From: Hydrolagus colliei
Taxonomy: Eukaryota
Direction of reading: 5' to 3'
Assembly (NCBI GenBank): GCA_035084275.1
Contig: CM068746.1
Location: 16,864,001 to 16,928,000, forward strand
DNA length: 64,000 nt
Within the stretch, counting starts at the first letter, position 1. Every line of letters begins with the position of its first letter. A program made the translations under genes and the position numbers. The notes under the pieces were generated by a model that was not told where the DNA came from, did not search any database, and worked only from the letters and a program-made list of their open reading frames with translations. Below, piece after piece: positions 1-13,840 of the stretch.

Positions 1-1575
1 GTAAGCAAGTGCCATTGTTCAAGGACAAACATCAAATCGATATCCTCGCTGCTTCCTGCTCTGGGTAGATAAATAATTAAATATCACATTGATTCTTCGA
101 TACAAGAAAAGGTCTGTTTCTTGTTCCTTTCTGGTACATTGTAAGATAATATAGAAGAAGAAAAAAAGACCTGTTAGGTCCCAGTCAGCTCTCAGAGCCG
201 AATGATTTAACAATTCCGTCCAGTACAAATGTAAATGGTTTCTTATCCTGAACTGATTGAAAAACTACAACTGCGCAAAATAAGCTCTTTCTAACCCAGG
301 GGATAGCTCCAAAGGAAAGTGCAAGTCACTCCAACTGCCAGATGGAATTGATTAAAGAGAAAAGTAGCAAAAGAAAACTATTCCACACAGAAAAAAAGAT
401 TAACCTCTGCTTTTATTAGAAACGAAAAAACAGCATTCTGATGTGAGGGGTGGGATTGGGTAGTTTGGCCATATTTTCATTTTAAAAATCTGAATATTCC
501 TGCCCAAAAAGGGAAGAAAATTGAAATTGAAAGCTTTAAATGCACACACACTTTCTCGCTGCAAGATTAATGTGAACCACACTAATTGTCCCTCCTCTTC
601 CTGATTTTATTGAGAAAGGAAAGGTCCAACCAACAGCATTCAACATCCTGACCCAGTGTAAGCTTGCAGCAAGCTCAGGCTCCTTACCTAGTCTTTATAT
701 GCAATAAACGTCAAACTAAAAAGCACAGATGGTTCGCAGAAACTTCAGAGCAAGACACTGTCGATTTTTTCCACAAATATTGTACGACTAACAGCACCAG
801 AAAGTAAAGATGGATTAATCTGTCATTACCTGGTAACTGAGTGCCTGGGAGTGTTATAGCTGTGCGCCCTGTCTCTCGGCCTCTATGCAAACTGTAAGCT
901 AGGGCTTGTGCACAAATGTAGATCATCAGTACAAAAATGACAACATACTGAGAGTATCCAGTGACTAACACAAAAGCGAAGGAGGCACAATTCAACATTC
1001 CTGTGAAAGAAGGCCGTCTTTGCTCGAGTCTGGTTTGTTAACCAACAGAAAGAAATAACCAAGAAATAACTTTTGTCTGACAGTCGATTTGTTTCATAAA
1101 ATTGAAAAAAAAAGGAAGAAAATTCTTGAAGCTGCTTGCCAGCTATGGTCCCAACATCTGTGAGGAGCAGCATGACTTCTGTGCTATTTATGAAAGCTCT
1201 AAGTAGCCAAAGAGTCTAACTGGACTTAACTGTTAGACATACTGAAAGGCTATTTATATTCCAACTCCAGTCCATAAACATTGTGCCCTGCTGTTCAGTC
1301 ATTTGTCCCGAGTCACAAAGACAGCTTTAACACGCTCAGGCTTGACCAATTGGTTAGAAGTTCAAATCAATAACCAACTGAGAAATCGTACCTCCCAATA
1401 ATATAAAACACCAGCAGATGTATAAATGACATGCTGTGTGTTTGAAACGGTTGCTGATATTACTGTGCTAGGTTTTCCATTTTTCATGCAGCGACTCTCT
1501 ATATTAAAACAAACTTTTTGTATTCTTAAATGAAATATTTCAACAAAAGTAACATTTCTGTTACTGTCATCTTAC

Positions 1576-1628
1576 CATCTGGGATTGGCTCCGGGGGCAG
1601 TCGTTGATATCTTCAACCTTTTCATTTG
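1576..1628 (-). CDS. NAV3: NAV3 next coding exon (53 bp): (A)NEKVEDINDCPRSQSQM
   Basis: Too short for the ORF track; read by hand as ttttttgcag|CAAATGAAAAGGTTGAAGATATCAACGACTGCCCCCGGAGCCAATCCCAGATG|gtaag. It completes the split Ala codon from the previous exon and continues the known NAV3 sequence. Confidence 0.96.
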
Positions 1629-2225
1629 CTGCAAAAAATGTACGTCACAAATAAACAAAGCGACTGCGGCAGTCATTCTGGACCTCCTCGGTCATGTGTA
1701 AAGTGGAGCTTTACGGTTTCACTTCAAGTACTTCAGTTCTAACCGCTTCCACACGTGCGCACAGCATGCGGGAATAAGTTAAGAGGGAGAGGAGTACTCT
1801 TGCTTGCAGATTCATCAGCCACTACCAAATCACTGCTGACATGAAACGCGCAGCAATTGTCTTTGTGAGGCTGGGATAAAGTTTCAAGGCTGCTCAGGAA
1901 AAATATGAAACACTTCGACTGGCGAAAAGCACACATGGGAGACACATGGTTTTATGGGGCGTGCTCAGACTACTGGCAAAAATTTTGAATATGCTATGTA
2001 TTTCAAGTCCTCTTCAAGCTTAATCTAACTAAATGCTCACTTCCTTTTACACTCAAACTGCCTGGTGTTATCCAATATTAATACTAAAGGCTGCATAATC
2101 CATGGAGACTTAATGACTATGTCAGGAAATGTTAACCAGTGTTCAATCTAGTGCAGATATATTCGATTAAAATACTTCACATGCTCTATGGTTGATTCCA
2201 CTGTTTCTCTGGGCACCGATCTTAC
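1629..2225 (-). other. NAV3: 597-bp GT-AG intron between the two NAV3 exons
   Basis: Canonical splice dinucleotides and phase compatibility. Confidence 0.93.
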
Positions 2226-2343
2226 CAATGATCTGGATGATTTCCGCCAGCAGAACTCCGTCAGCAATGTCCTGTTGCAAGTCCTTGATCAGCCGTTTGT
2301 GACCAGACCTCGCCAAATAGTGATTGGCCCAATCAGTATAAAT
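2226..2343 (-). CDS. NAV3: NAV3 internal coding exon (118 bp), start of calponin-homology domain: IYTDWANHYLARSGHKRLIKDLQQDIADGVLLAEIIQII
   Basis: Peptide matches the navigator CH domain. The residues IKDLQQDIADGVLLAEIIQII are NAV3-type, not NAV2-type (IRDLQQDVTDGVLLAQIIQVV). Minus-strand acceptor ttttgcag|ATT and donor ATTG|gtaag; phase 0 in, phase 1 out. Confidence 0.96.
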
Positions 2344-5300
2344 CTGCAAAAGGAAAAACAGTAAAAATTCTTCAGTGCAAATGTTGGCTTAAACGCAAGA
2401 ACTATTTTGGATCAAATTCCCTTCCACCAGCCAGCGTTAAAAAGGAAACAGTTCTGCACACAATTTACAGTTTTCCTATTTAAGTATGAGTCACTTTGAG
2501 TGAACACAAAGGTCAGTTCCATCCTGACCACACACATGACAAATATTTCATTCATTCATCCTCCTTTAAGGATGGTATCAGAGGCAAATGTGATGGTTCG
2601 TATGAAAAACATTTGTGTTAAAGCTACTGCCGCTGAAAACACATACAGTCAAAGGTAAAATGTGGAGCCAAAGTTAACCAACAGGTAGGAATTTTAATAC
2701 TGCAATGGCCACATCCCACATATTTAATTGTCTCGTTAACTTCTTCCTTCATAGTAATGGTAATGAATGACCCATTTCTTTAAAAATGTCATTGCTCTTT
2801 CAACACATGATATAATTACAGACTCTTTTAAACTCATCCTCAACAAATTAGCTCGACAGTTATACTGTACATGGTTTGGGCAACTGCAATTAGTGCCACA
2901 GTGATCACAGAGGAGAATGATTTCTCACTTCGGCGTGGATCAGTGTGTGTTCAGCTTTAACACCGATCCACGAACGATTAAAAGGCTTAACAACAAAGAA
3001 CTGGGTAGAAACTAAAAGAGATTGTTGAAATCGAACACTGCTGGCCTTAGAATGGTTTTTATTTCACATTCTTCCAGTGGCTCTAATTTGCTCTTCGAGA
3101 ATGAAGAGGGGAAAATTAAGCAGCTATATAAATACCCAAATATAGCTATGAATGCCAGCATCTTCAAGATTGTTAACCAAGCGATGTGTCACTGTGATAT
3201 ACTTGGAACATTTCACAGCTAAATTAGTTTAGTTTGTTTAACAGTTAGCAGTCTCAATGTTTTAAGGAGATGCTAATACAAATAGCTGTACTGTAATCAA
3301 AGGTCTTTGGGGAATTTCTGTACTCTGGGCTTTGGAACACAATCACATCAGACACTATTCAGGCCCTGTGGATCCTCTCCTCCTCCATTACTGCAGGTGC
3401 TTCCGAACTGTATCACCATGTAAAGTTCCAGATGAGCAAATGCGCCTCTGATAACTTCACTCTACAACAGTTAGGGGCAAACGACAAATGTTTTACAACA
3501 TTTTCACCACACACTGCAAGTGCACATTGGCAGGTAAAGTGATATCCATTGTTACACATGCTCCGCTCAAACGGGTTAAATGCATAATTTGTTAGCATTC
3601 AGAGATGCTGGCAAAATGCCCCTCATATTCTATCTCGCTAACATATAGATATTTAAGTTTCCCGAGAAGAATAATTACCATAGCCTGCAGCATCATTCAA
3701 TGATGTGCAGTTTATTCAGTTAATATCACTCCGTATCTGTCTGCAAAATGTCAAGCCAGACAAAAACACAAGCCTACATCTGTTTCCTAACCCACATGAA
3801 AGGAAGATAACAGAGAACGATAATGTCTTCAAGCAAAACTGGTGTGCTTGACATTTCGAGTTAATATTTTACAATTAATTGCATTTTGTTCCCCAAGACA
3901 AATGACAACAGCATTAGACCAATGTGGTCTTTGTTGTATACAGAATTATTATGAGAGGATCCACTAACGAGCCACAGTCCGTTTCAGCTGTTCCACTCAC
4001 TTCTGTTGTAGCTGCTATAACTTGGCAACTTCCTGCTCCATCCTTCCTGTTTGCTGAGTCGCTCATTCCCAGAAACAACCATGACTCCTTACACTCATTG
4101 ATTCACCTGCCAGTGACTCACAATTCCTGTCTAACGATTAGGCTTTGCATGATAGAGTCCAAAGGAAAAACATTTCAGCTCTGAAAAACATCAACAGGTA
4201 GTGCCTTGCTAGAGATTTCACCTCCATTCATTCGATTGTATTACCACTTCTTGTAAGACGAGAATTGGAGAAAAGAGTTGGGCGTATAACCTATACTGCA
4301 GCACTTTTGGAGACGTCCTCCCGACGTGAAAGGAAACAATATAAAATTGTCTGTATGGATTAGCCTCCCAGAATAAGACAGCAGACACACACTTAAGAAA
4401 CTTTTTACGAAATACTACAAATCAGCATTGGATTACAGTAGTTTTATTTGCAAGATAAATTATTCTTGCCATACATTCCATGTACAATACATGCATACTG
4501 CCACAAGGAGGTGTGCGATGCACATTAAAGTAGGCACTTTTCAGTGACTCTAAAACAAGATTTTAAAACTAAAATGCATCAATGCTAGGTTAAATAAACA
4601 AACAGGGAGAAGTTTGATATAACCCAAAATTAAAACCTGTAGCAACTGATTAACAGAAACATTTGATTAGGCATCAGTTTACTCTATAAACAGAACGATT
4701 GAGTAAAGCGGCTTAGCTTCATATCAGAATGTTCACTTAAAGAAGCCATTAATAATAATAATATAATAATAGTCTTTGCAATTAATCGCTCACATCACGA
4801 GCACGTCTCAAGTGAAAAGTCAAAATAAAACTGCACAAAATAAAATTTAAAAACGACACCGGGTAATTTTATTTTGAGAGGACAGGGCATGATAGAGAAC
4901 TCATTCATCCAGCCACTAGGCTAATTCCATTGATTAAAGCGCATCCTTTACTTGATTTACTTGAGGTCTATTTTGACAATGGAGCAGAGGATTCTGAAGG
5001 ACAATCTTCTTGAGTTCTCAACAATCCTACAATCAAATCACCAAATTTTGTACGCAGCAAAGTCTTGACACATGCTCCAGAATGAGAAATCGTTCCTTTC
5101 AAACTGGAGTAAAAGCACTTGGGAATGTATTTGAGGAAACACCACACCCAGACGGTGATGAACATCTGGAACACGCTCCCGCCTGACACTGTTTGTGCAA
5201 ATAGCAGTTCAACAAAAAAAATCTGGCCAGATTTCAGAAGGAAGAGAGGATAAGCAACTGGAAACGGGAGACCGAATCCTCCTTGTGAAGTTCACTGTGG

Positions 5301-6942
5301 TAACACAGGGCAAAGAGGGGATATTTACTAGCAATGATCTTGTGTTGGTGGTGCTCACTCCTCTCCTAGAGCTCGTTGAGGAATCTCAGGAGACATGGCA
5401 GGGCTTTCAGGAAAGCCGAAAAAAAATTCAAGAGGGAGGACCGTTTGATTTACAGGAGTTTATTGTGAGATAGGTACAGTATACAGTGGGGTTCTCTCCT
5501 TTCCATCTAGGTATCAGCACAGAGGTATAGGAAACATACATCTCCCTCATAAACTATAACGGACATTATCTGTCCCCATAAATAATTCACCAGGGATTGA
5601 TGTCGCAACTGGAAATCAGCAATAATGTGAATGTTTAGGTACATGTGATGCACTGGCTAGTCAATGCACAGGAAACAAAACATGTTTACTGATGGAGAAT
5701 GTGTTTTCTGAGTTCTTTATGAACCCAGCCAATTTCGGTTGCTGAACCTAATTTCAAGAGATCCATAAATCCTCCCTAACAAGCTGGAGAAATAGAGATA
5801 GGCAGAAACGACTTCCTATTGGCAATCCTGTAAATATTTGTATAGCTATCCTCTAACCACAAGAAAGAAAACCACTGTGTATTGCAAGCTTCTAAATACA
5901 TATGGTTTTAATCTCCGATTACTGACTTTTTAAAAAAAAATTAAAGAACCTGATTATTCATGATTATTAGTGCAAGTGGCTGGTGACACCATCAGCTATT
6001 GAACAACCCACAGCCTTCACAGATTGCTTGCCAAGAAATCCACACGCTAGAGAGAAAAAAACACAACTCTGATCTTCAAAGTAAATGATAGAAGCACTAC
6101 TTTGGGCCAACTTTTACTCTACAATTATGGTACACAGCTATTACAGCAAACCCATCCCCACTGGCTCTGCGGTGGTAACTGCCTCATCTGAATTTCCAGA
6201 GGTCACATTCAACACATCTCTGCAGTCAGCTGTCTGTATAGCTGGGTATTTGGATAGTTCCTATAACAGACACTCCACAGACAGCTGTCTGTTGAATCAA
6301 GACGAATATGATCTCTAGACATTCGGAAGATGCAGAGTTTTGGTGAGATGGGGGAAGGAGAATTACTGTAATAACTGTGCTGGAGTCAGCAAATGCCACA
6401 AGTATGAAGAGGGGAATTTCAGTCAACATTGCAGCTGCACTTTGAGCTTACTTGTTTCAGAAATGTACCTTTTGTTCAGGGATAATATAAATAAAATATC
6501 CACAACTGGTCCACCAACGATTCATAACTGATAAGGTCATAGCACAAAACATGTATTTCTTTCCCAATTCAGGCTTCGTTCCTTGGTAAATAATTTTTAC
6601 TATCAGACCATATCCTCAGGTGACAGGTAACGTGTCATTTTGTCACATCCTGGGGAGTTAAATCTTAAGTTGCCCCAAAGGGAATTGAAAAAGACCAGTT
6701 GATAGGAAAAAGAAACACATTAAAGCAAATGGCTACTCTGAGGGGATTCTTTCTGTAGACTGGAGGATGCTACCAACATTTTGCTGCAGTGTTGAAAATT
6801 GTGAAAAGTTTATGATGGGATAAAGAGTTGACAAAAAAATAGTTACCCCACCCCAAAATGGAAAAAAACAAACGATGCCCCAATGTAGAATAAAGGATAG
6901 TCTTTGTAAAAGGAGCTGACAAAATGAGGGAATGCATTGAAA

Positions 6943-7258
6943 AATAATAATAATCATCCTTGCATTTGATATAGCGCTTTTCATGTCTTCTAGATGTCTC
7001 AAAGCACTTCACAGAATATACTGTAAAGTGAATTAACTGTATATTTGTGGGCGAAACATGGCAGCCAATTGTGCACAGCAGGGTCCCACAAACAGTCAAG
7101 GATTGAAATGACCAATTTAATATTGTTGTTTTTTCTTGAGGGATTATTATCAGGCAAGTGGAGTAAGGAAACTTGCCCAAGGTTTCACCCTGCCGGAAAT
7201 CAAACCCAGGTCTCTCGCTTGTAAGGTGAGTGCTCTAACCACTGGGCTACAGGATTCC
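6943..7258 (-). mobile_element. Full-length tRNA-derived SINE, short subfamily, (TTA)n tail
   Basis: Box A/box B tRNA-like head, body shared with more than 10 copies in the window, L2-like 3' stem-loop and TTA repeats. Confidence 0.9.
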
Positions 7259-7439
7259 ATGGGATATCTCATTAGTCCAAGTTGTGACCCCCTCCTATTT
7301 CCGGTATGCACTGGATTTGCAGACTACGCGAAAGTTGTTACGTTTGCTGTAAAACCAAATTAAAGACAAGTTCATATGAAGGGACAGGATATCCTGAAAC
7401 TCCTCAGGCAATGCCATTGTAGGTAGGCGATCGCCATAA

Positions 7440-7540
7440 CGACTGCAGCATTTTAAAAAAGGCCAACGCAACCACCTTCACAAGGCGACTTAGGACAGAC
7501 AATAAATGCTGTCTCTGCCAATGATGCCCACACCTTGAGA
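7440..7540 (+). mobile_element. Degenerate 3' end of a CR1-group LINE
   Basis: gactgcagc...caccttcacaaggcgacttaggacagacaataaatgct...gatgcccaca resembles a common chondrichthyan LINE terminus (from memory). Confidence 0.4.
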
Positions 7541-9654
7541 TTCAGGGTTCGCCCAATGAACTATCAACCTGCACCTTTGGTCCTCGAGGTACAGCAATGT
7601 ACATTTATATAATGCCCTTCACACAGGATAGCACCCCGGAGCACTTAAAGAGCTACACGAGTGGGAGAGAGTGGCTGCTACAACTTTTAAAGTCAGACCA
7701 ATTTGTGTTTTATTTATTAGTGAATACAATTTTTTCTCTGTAGCAACTGGTCAAGCCATTGCTTTCTCAAACGTCTTTCAAAGCCAGGTTCATTAATCAT
7801 GTCAAACTGGTGGAAACACATCTGAAAATATCTAATCCATTCCCGTTGGTGGTCCAGCCTCACATAAAGCATCATTTGTTCCATCCAACTGAGGCAGAAC
7901 TATCAATCATTATCAAAACCACTCAACATAAATGTTTTATTCAGCACATTTAACTGACTGTCCACTGCTGAATGATGGAAAGAATTCTCCGGGACAGCAT
8001 GCAATTACATAAAAAATAAACACCTCATTTATATATGATGAGAACAAGTAGGAGGTATTTCATAAACCAAATATGAGAAAGGTTGTCGTACCTAAACAAT
8101 CCCAAACCACAGGATTTTACTTCAGTTCAGCACAGGTATGATGTCTTGTGAACAGCAAATTGAACCCGCTTTAAAGTTACAGGACCACAAATCCAAATGA
8201 AATCTCTATAGATTGAGCTTAAATAGCCTATTTGTTTATTCAACTTGTCAGAAGACTTAAAAGCCTGAGACAGTATAATTAAGTGGTTTACTGGGAATAG
8301 GGAAATGTTGGCACATCTTGCTACCAAGAACCTTCATTTTGGTTAAGAGAAGCCTGCTATTTTATGCAGTGTTCTGTGTAATTAGTACCTAGTGAGGGAG
8401 TGTTCAAGTACTTAATTCATTCTGCTGAATATTATTCAAAATAACAAACTGCACCACAGAAATACAAATGTACTTTGTGATAAATGCAGCAGGGAATCTA
8501 CTCCACTGAACCTTGGGTCTGTGTAACAGTTAACCTTTGCTCCAGGCTAGACCAAAAGCAAAACACTGTCTGTGACTTTGCTGCCTGACATTTCACTCCC
8601 AGGCAGTGATTATTATTATTATTTATTCTCATTCCCAGGGAAGAAAGTCTGACAAGTACTGACAAAACGTCAGAAAGTAAAATACTAGCTGGAAGTTCTC
8701 GTTGCAAAATCTTTTAGCAAATTTCATTCACAAATCAGTTCTATTTTAGATCCCAATATGTAGTTTACATATACAGTAATACAAATATTAGGCTGCAATA
8801 TGAAGCATTGATGGGAGTGTTCTGTATTATATAGGTGGATATTTCCTTGTCTGTTCGAAACAATGAAAGATGACATGTGAATACAAAAAGGCTGTCTAAT
8901 TCACTATAAAAGTCCTCATAATAGACTGAACACAACACAAACTCAATCTCTTCTGCACAAAAGAGATTTTGGATGAAAAGCTTCTTCGGCCTTTGAAACT
9001 CTTTCTTACAAAATCCTGTTGTTTTCCCATTGCAGTATTCACCTACCCTTGGTCCCAACCACACTCTCGGGTAACTCATTCCAACTAGTAAAGAAATACA
9101 TAGAATAGTTTTTGTATGAATAATAATAATGATCCTTACATTTGCTGTGCTCAATTGGCTGGCGTGTTTGGCCCACAAAATATAATGTCAATTCACTTTG
9201 AGGTATATTCTGTAAGGATCATTATTATGTTTGATATAGCACCCTCGTGTGAGAAGGGTGTCTCAGAGTGTTTCACAGTACAGTGTCTGTGTGTTTTTTT
9301 AAAAATGGAGATCAAAAATGAGTAAAGCAAGCCACATTCACTTGCCCAACGGGAGCTCAAATCAGCTACAAAATCACTGGGAGGGAACAGCTCACAAGAG
9401 AAATAAGGGCATTAACTTCCTTTCAATAATTTGCATTGTTAGGAATCAATTGTCTTCATACAGGACAACAGTTACTTCCTTGGAAATCAGAGGTGGGATT
9501 TCCTGCACTGCTAGTGGCAGTGATTTTAGCTTGAAGAATGCCCAGATGCAAAATGTAGTGGCATTCTGGAGTCCTGAAAATTAATTTTGTTGGGGAGAAA
9601 AAACGTACCATCTTGAGATGGCTAAAGTAAACATGATACTGTATCTTGTACTGA

Positions 9655-9950
9655 ACCAGAGTAGAACCAGAGGATACATCTATGACTGATGGGGGCTAAA
9701 TTCAAAACAAATCAACTGAAAGACTGCTTCAGTGAGAGAGCAGTAAACTTATGGAATTGGCTCCCGAGGTAGACAGTAGAAGCAGAAAATGTAATTTGTT
9801 TCAGGAACCAATTAGATAGATTTCTGCTAGAAAATAATATAGTATATAGTTGGGGACATGACATGTCAAGCGACTGCCAGGATGGTGAAAGGGGAACTAG
9901 ATGGACCCTCTGGTCTTCCTTCGCCCGACAAATTCTTATGCATTCTTGTG
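9655..9950 (+). mobile_element. Old CR1 LINE 3' fragment
   Basis: Degenerate RTRG...FSER.VNLWN.LP...VEA...LDRFL C-terminus followed by a CR1-like 3' UTR. Confidence 0.65.
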
Positions 9951-11047
9951 TATTAACAACAAAACAACAACAAAATTACGTTTGTAAAGCACCTTTCATA
10001 AAGCACAAACTCTAACAACAACTCTCCCTTCAAAGCACTGAATCCATAAGATACAGCAGATAAATGATCATTTTGGGCAGGCAAATAAAACGGGATAATG
10101 TAATTTATGCAAAGAGGCTTTGGGGTTGTTCGAATTACAGCATCGTGTTCAGATACAATACATTTGGAGTTGTTATACCTGCAAAACTACATTTACTCCA
10201 TTGGTAAAACCCTGATCTTCTGTTAGCATATATACCTGCATTGGTGGTCAATTGCCTGGAACCTTCTTCTCTTATCAATATTGTTAAACATCTCCTTAAT
10301 CTCAATGGGAGGTCGTTTTAGTCAAATCAAGATCAAGTGATTCCACATTAAAGATTCTCAGTTGAAACAGAGGACGCTTTACCTTGGGGAGAACAAAAAA
10401 GTTATTTCCATTCATCCCATTTGACTCAGAATTTCCTTCTGGCCACAAGTGACAGAGGACTGATTGTGACTCTCACTGTCCCATCTCTGAGGACGCTGTG
10501 TGGCAACACTCCATCTCAGGAATTTATACAGCATCATTAAATATGACAAACAAAGATCATCCAGTTTATGATCATCTGAAACCAGACCGGATTTTAGTTC
10601 ATTTGCAGCCTCCTTGAATAAAAAAAACTTGCTGTGTGCTGCTGCCTTTGAGCACAGTGAGTGGTACAGTATTTGGTTATTAACTAAAGATGATTTCTTA
10701 TCAAGGAGAAGGCTGATTCTGGGTGCCTGGAAGAGTGAGCGCTAAATCCAGTCAGCAGTGATTCAAGATGAAGAATTTTTTAAATATATAGAACAAAAAT
10801 ATTCAACTGGAACAAGTGATTTGAAGCCCTGAACAGCTGGGGAGATGTTGCTTTCTGGAATTGGGTTATTGGTTACTTTTGCTGCAGTGGTTTTGCTGGC
10901 AGCACGCAAGGAATTGTCACAATACGTGAGTAAATGTTACACATGGAAGATCAGGTAATAACATCAGACCTCATCAGTAACATCATCACTTGTGTTGTGC
11001 CACTAGTATTCTGGTATATCACTGGACTACAGTTGCAGCATACATTG

Positions 11048-11365
11048 CAACAACAAATTGCATTTATATAGCGCCTTTCGCACTGGGAGGATGTCCCAAG
11101 GGACAATGAAGGGTCTGTACCTGAGCTAAGGGTTGGAGTCAAGAGGAGTGGAGGGCAACTGGCTGGAGGTTAGAGGATGACCAAAAGTACTGTCAGACAG
11201 CAAGGTTTTGAAATGGGCTTTGAAGAAAGCAAAGGTGCTAGGCAAAGGAGGGGTCAAGGTGGAGGGGCTCTTGGTTGGAGTTCCAGAGAGTGAGGGTAGA
11301 AAAGCTGACTGCCTGACTGCCAATAGTGCAGCAGGTAGGGCAGGAAACATGGAGCAAACAGGTCC
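11048..11365 (-). mobile_element. L2 LINE 3' fragment
   Basis: (CAA)n tail, stem-loop, and similarity to the longer L2 copies. Confidence 0.8.
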
Positions 11366-12424
11366 ATCATTGCCATCATGAAGTCCGTCCAACATTTTTG
11401 GCAGATACATGTTTAACTGCCAGAAATGTTGGAGATAAATGGAGATAAAATCATCAAACACTGTATTGTTTCTCTTAAAAGTCTGCCAGTTGCAAGCATT
11501 GGACTGAAAAGCAAGCTTGTTTAAGTGGTAGAAAATGTCAAAGCCGCAAAGGCTTTGGCAGCGATCAAAAAGAAGTACTGAATTCAGACTCGCTGGCCAC
11601 TGGCTTTGCAAAATAAACTTTCATAAACACATATTCCTCCCATAAAAGGAGAACTCTGTTATAATAAATCTCCCCAGGGTGCCTTGTAAAACCTACAGTA
11701 AGGATTTAGTTCTGCACCTGCTTAGTTAAGCTCACATGTTATATAAATATTGAGAGCGCTTTATAAGACTCCCAATATGTTTTTTGGGGGGAACAAAACT
11801 CACAAGTCCATTGCTGCATTTGAAGTCATAATACTACAGTGGAACATATGAAGCTATTCTGAATGCCACATTATTTTGGCCTGACTTGAAACATTTTGAA
11901 GATTAATGCACACTTTTATAAAACACACCATAGAGTAAGTAAGATATTTAATAGATAGCTGAGAGTTCCCAGGAGATTGCTGGTTCATTCACCCCCAAAA
12001 TCAATAAGTTTTTTTCGGCGAGAGAGACTGCATTAGAACCAATTCACAGGGAGGTTCAGATCCATAACATGGACAAGGCTATTCTTTGACATTAGCAATT
12101 TGAGTGTTCAAATATTCATATTCCTCGTACTTCAAATAGAAATTTGGGTTTCAAGTAAAACCACACAAAAAAAAACAATCCACAGGAAACAGCTCCCTGT
12201 GAACATTTCCCGATTACTATCAAAAACTAAACAGACTAAAAAAGTATGGCACTGTTACGAACATGACACTATTTTGTTAGATTATAAATAAATGCCATCT
12301 GTTTCAATGTTGGGTATTATTTTAGTGAGTCCTCACTGAAAACAAAACCTCCATGTACAGTCAACCTACTCCCACCAAGCTGTGGTTCCTATTTCTGTGA
12401 ACTTTGACAAAAGGTAGGACCACA

Positions 12425-12820
12425 TATAATAATAATCCTTAGGAGGATGTGCCAAAGCAGCCTACAGGATATATTGTGAAGCATTATATCAAATACAAAG
12501 ATTCCGGTATTATTATATTACATTAGTGATTGTGTATTTTGACAGCCAATTTGCATACAGTGATAGTCCATGAAATAAGTAACCAGTTTTATTTGGGGAA
12601 TTGATTGTCGGTCAGGACACTGAGAGAAACTCTATTCTCTTTCAGTCCTGTGCTCTTCAATAATCATGAACGTCCACTTGAAAAGATAGGTTGAACCTTG
12701 GTTTAAAATCTAATCTTTAGGACAACACCCCCACATCTTAATATGTGTCAGTTTAGCTAATATGAGTTCAATGTCCTGCTTGAAGCCACTACCTTCTAAT
12801 TCAGCCCAAGAGCCAGCTAA
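12425..12820 (-). mobile_element. Old Deu-type SINE relic
   Basis: Degenerate similarity to the copies at 20682-21070 and 29410-29742. Confidence 0.5.
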
Positions 12821-13529
12821 TAGCTACACTTGTCCTATGCAAACATGAAACTGAATTTGACTTTTTCTGTGGTATTCAGGATCCTAATCACCCCTCACCT
12901 CTATTTTCTCCCAAAAGACCGGCCAACATCATGAATTATCCCTGCGGGGCTCTCTATTATGCCATCAGACCACCCCCTTCTGCCTTTTACCTTGATGAAT
13001 AAATGACAGGTCATCATGCAGCCACTTGGCTCCATTAAATTACTCTGAAAAGTGAGACCTTACAGTCTGGAGGGAGAATAACTGGAAATAAATAAGGGCA
13101 AAAGTCAGTGTCAAGGTTACAAAGAACTGATGTTATCTCAAACACCTGCTCTATTAAAAGCCGACTTTCAAACACGGTTTTAAATTTCATTGGGTTTAAG
13201 TAATTGTGAAGCGTTACAGCAGATAGCTCATATTCTGGTCACATTGTTTACAATAAGCATCCAAAAAGCCATCTGGACCACATTGCAGTCAAGTCATTCT
13301 CAGACAGCCAGCTCTATTAAACGATGAAAGGAAAGTGGATTAACACTCAGAATACATTACACTATCAGCTAACATAATTTAACACTTTAGTGCTTCACAC
13401 TTGGAGCACCTTAGACAACAAAATGTAATTGTTTTTGTCTTGGAATTCCTTTCTTTGAGCTATTTTCTTCTTGTTTTCTTCCCTCTTCTCACTGGGGTGA
13501 CAGTTACTGCCTGTCCTGGCACGACTATA

Positions 13530-13840
13530 TAATAAAATATAATAATTCTTGCATTTGATATACACTTTTTACATCTTCTAGACGTCTCAAAGCACTTCAC
13601 AGGATATACTGTAAAGTGAATTGATTGTATCTTTGTAGGTGAAACGCAGCAGCCAATTGCACACCGCAGTGTCCCACAAACAGTACTGGATTGAAATGAC
13701 CAATTTATTTTTGGAGGGATTATTATTAGGCGTGTGGAGTAAGCAAACTTGCCCAAGGTTTTGCCCTGACCTGCCTGGATTCGAACACAGGTCTCAATGC
13801 TTGTAAGGCAAATGCTCTTACCACTGAACTGCAAGACTCC
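13530..13840 (-). mobile_element. Full-length tRNA-derived SINE, short subfamily
   Basis: Same head, body and tail as 6943-7258. Confidence 0.9.

Noticed and set aside
1-228. Next NAV3 exon (IENVDVCL...) near the window start
   Set aside because: The FDVCP resemblance is superficial; there is no continuous match or suitable splice context.
2167-2349. 60-aa ORF as a standalone gene
   Set aside because: It is the NAV3 exon plus read-through into flanking introns; splice sites delimit 2226-2343.
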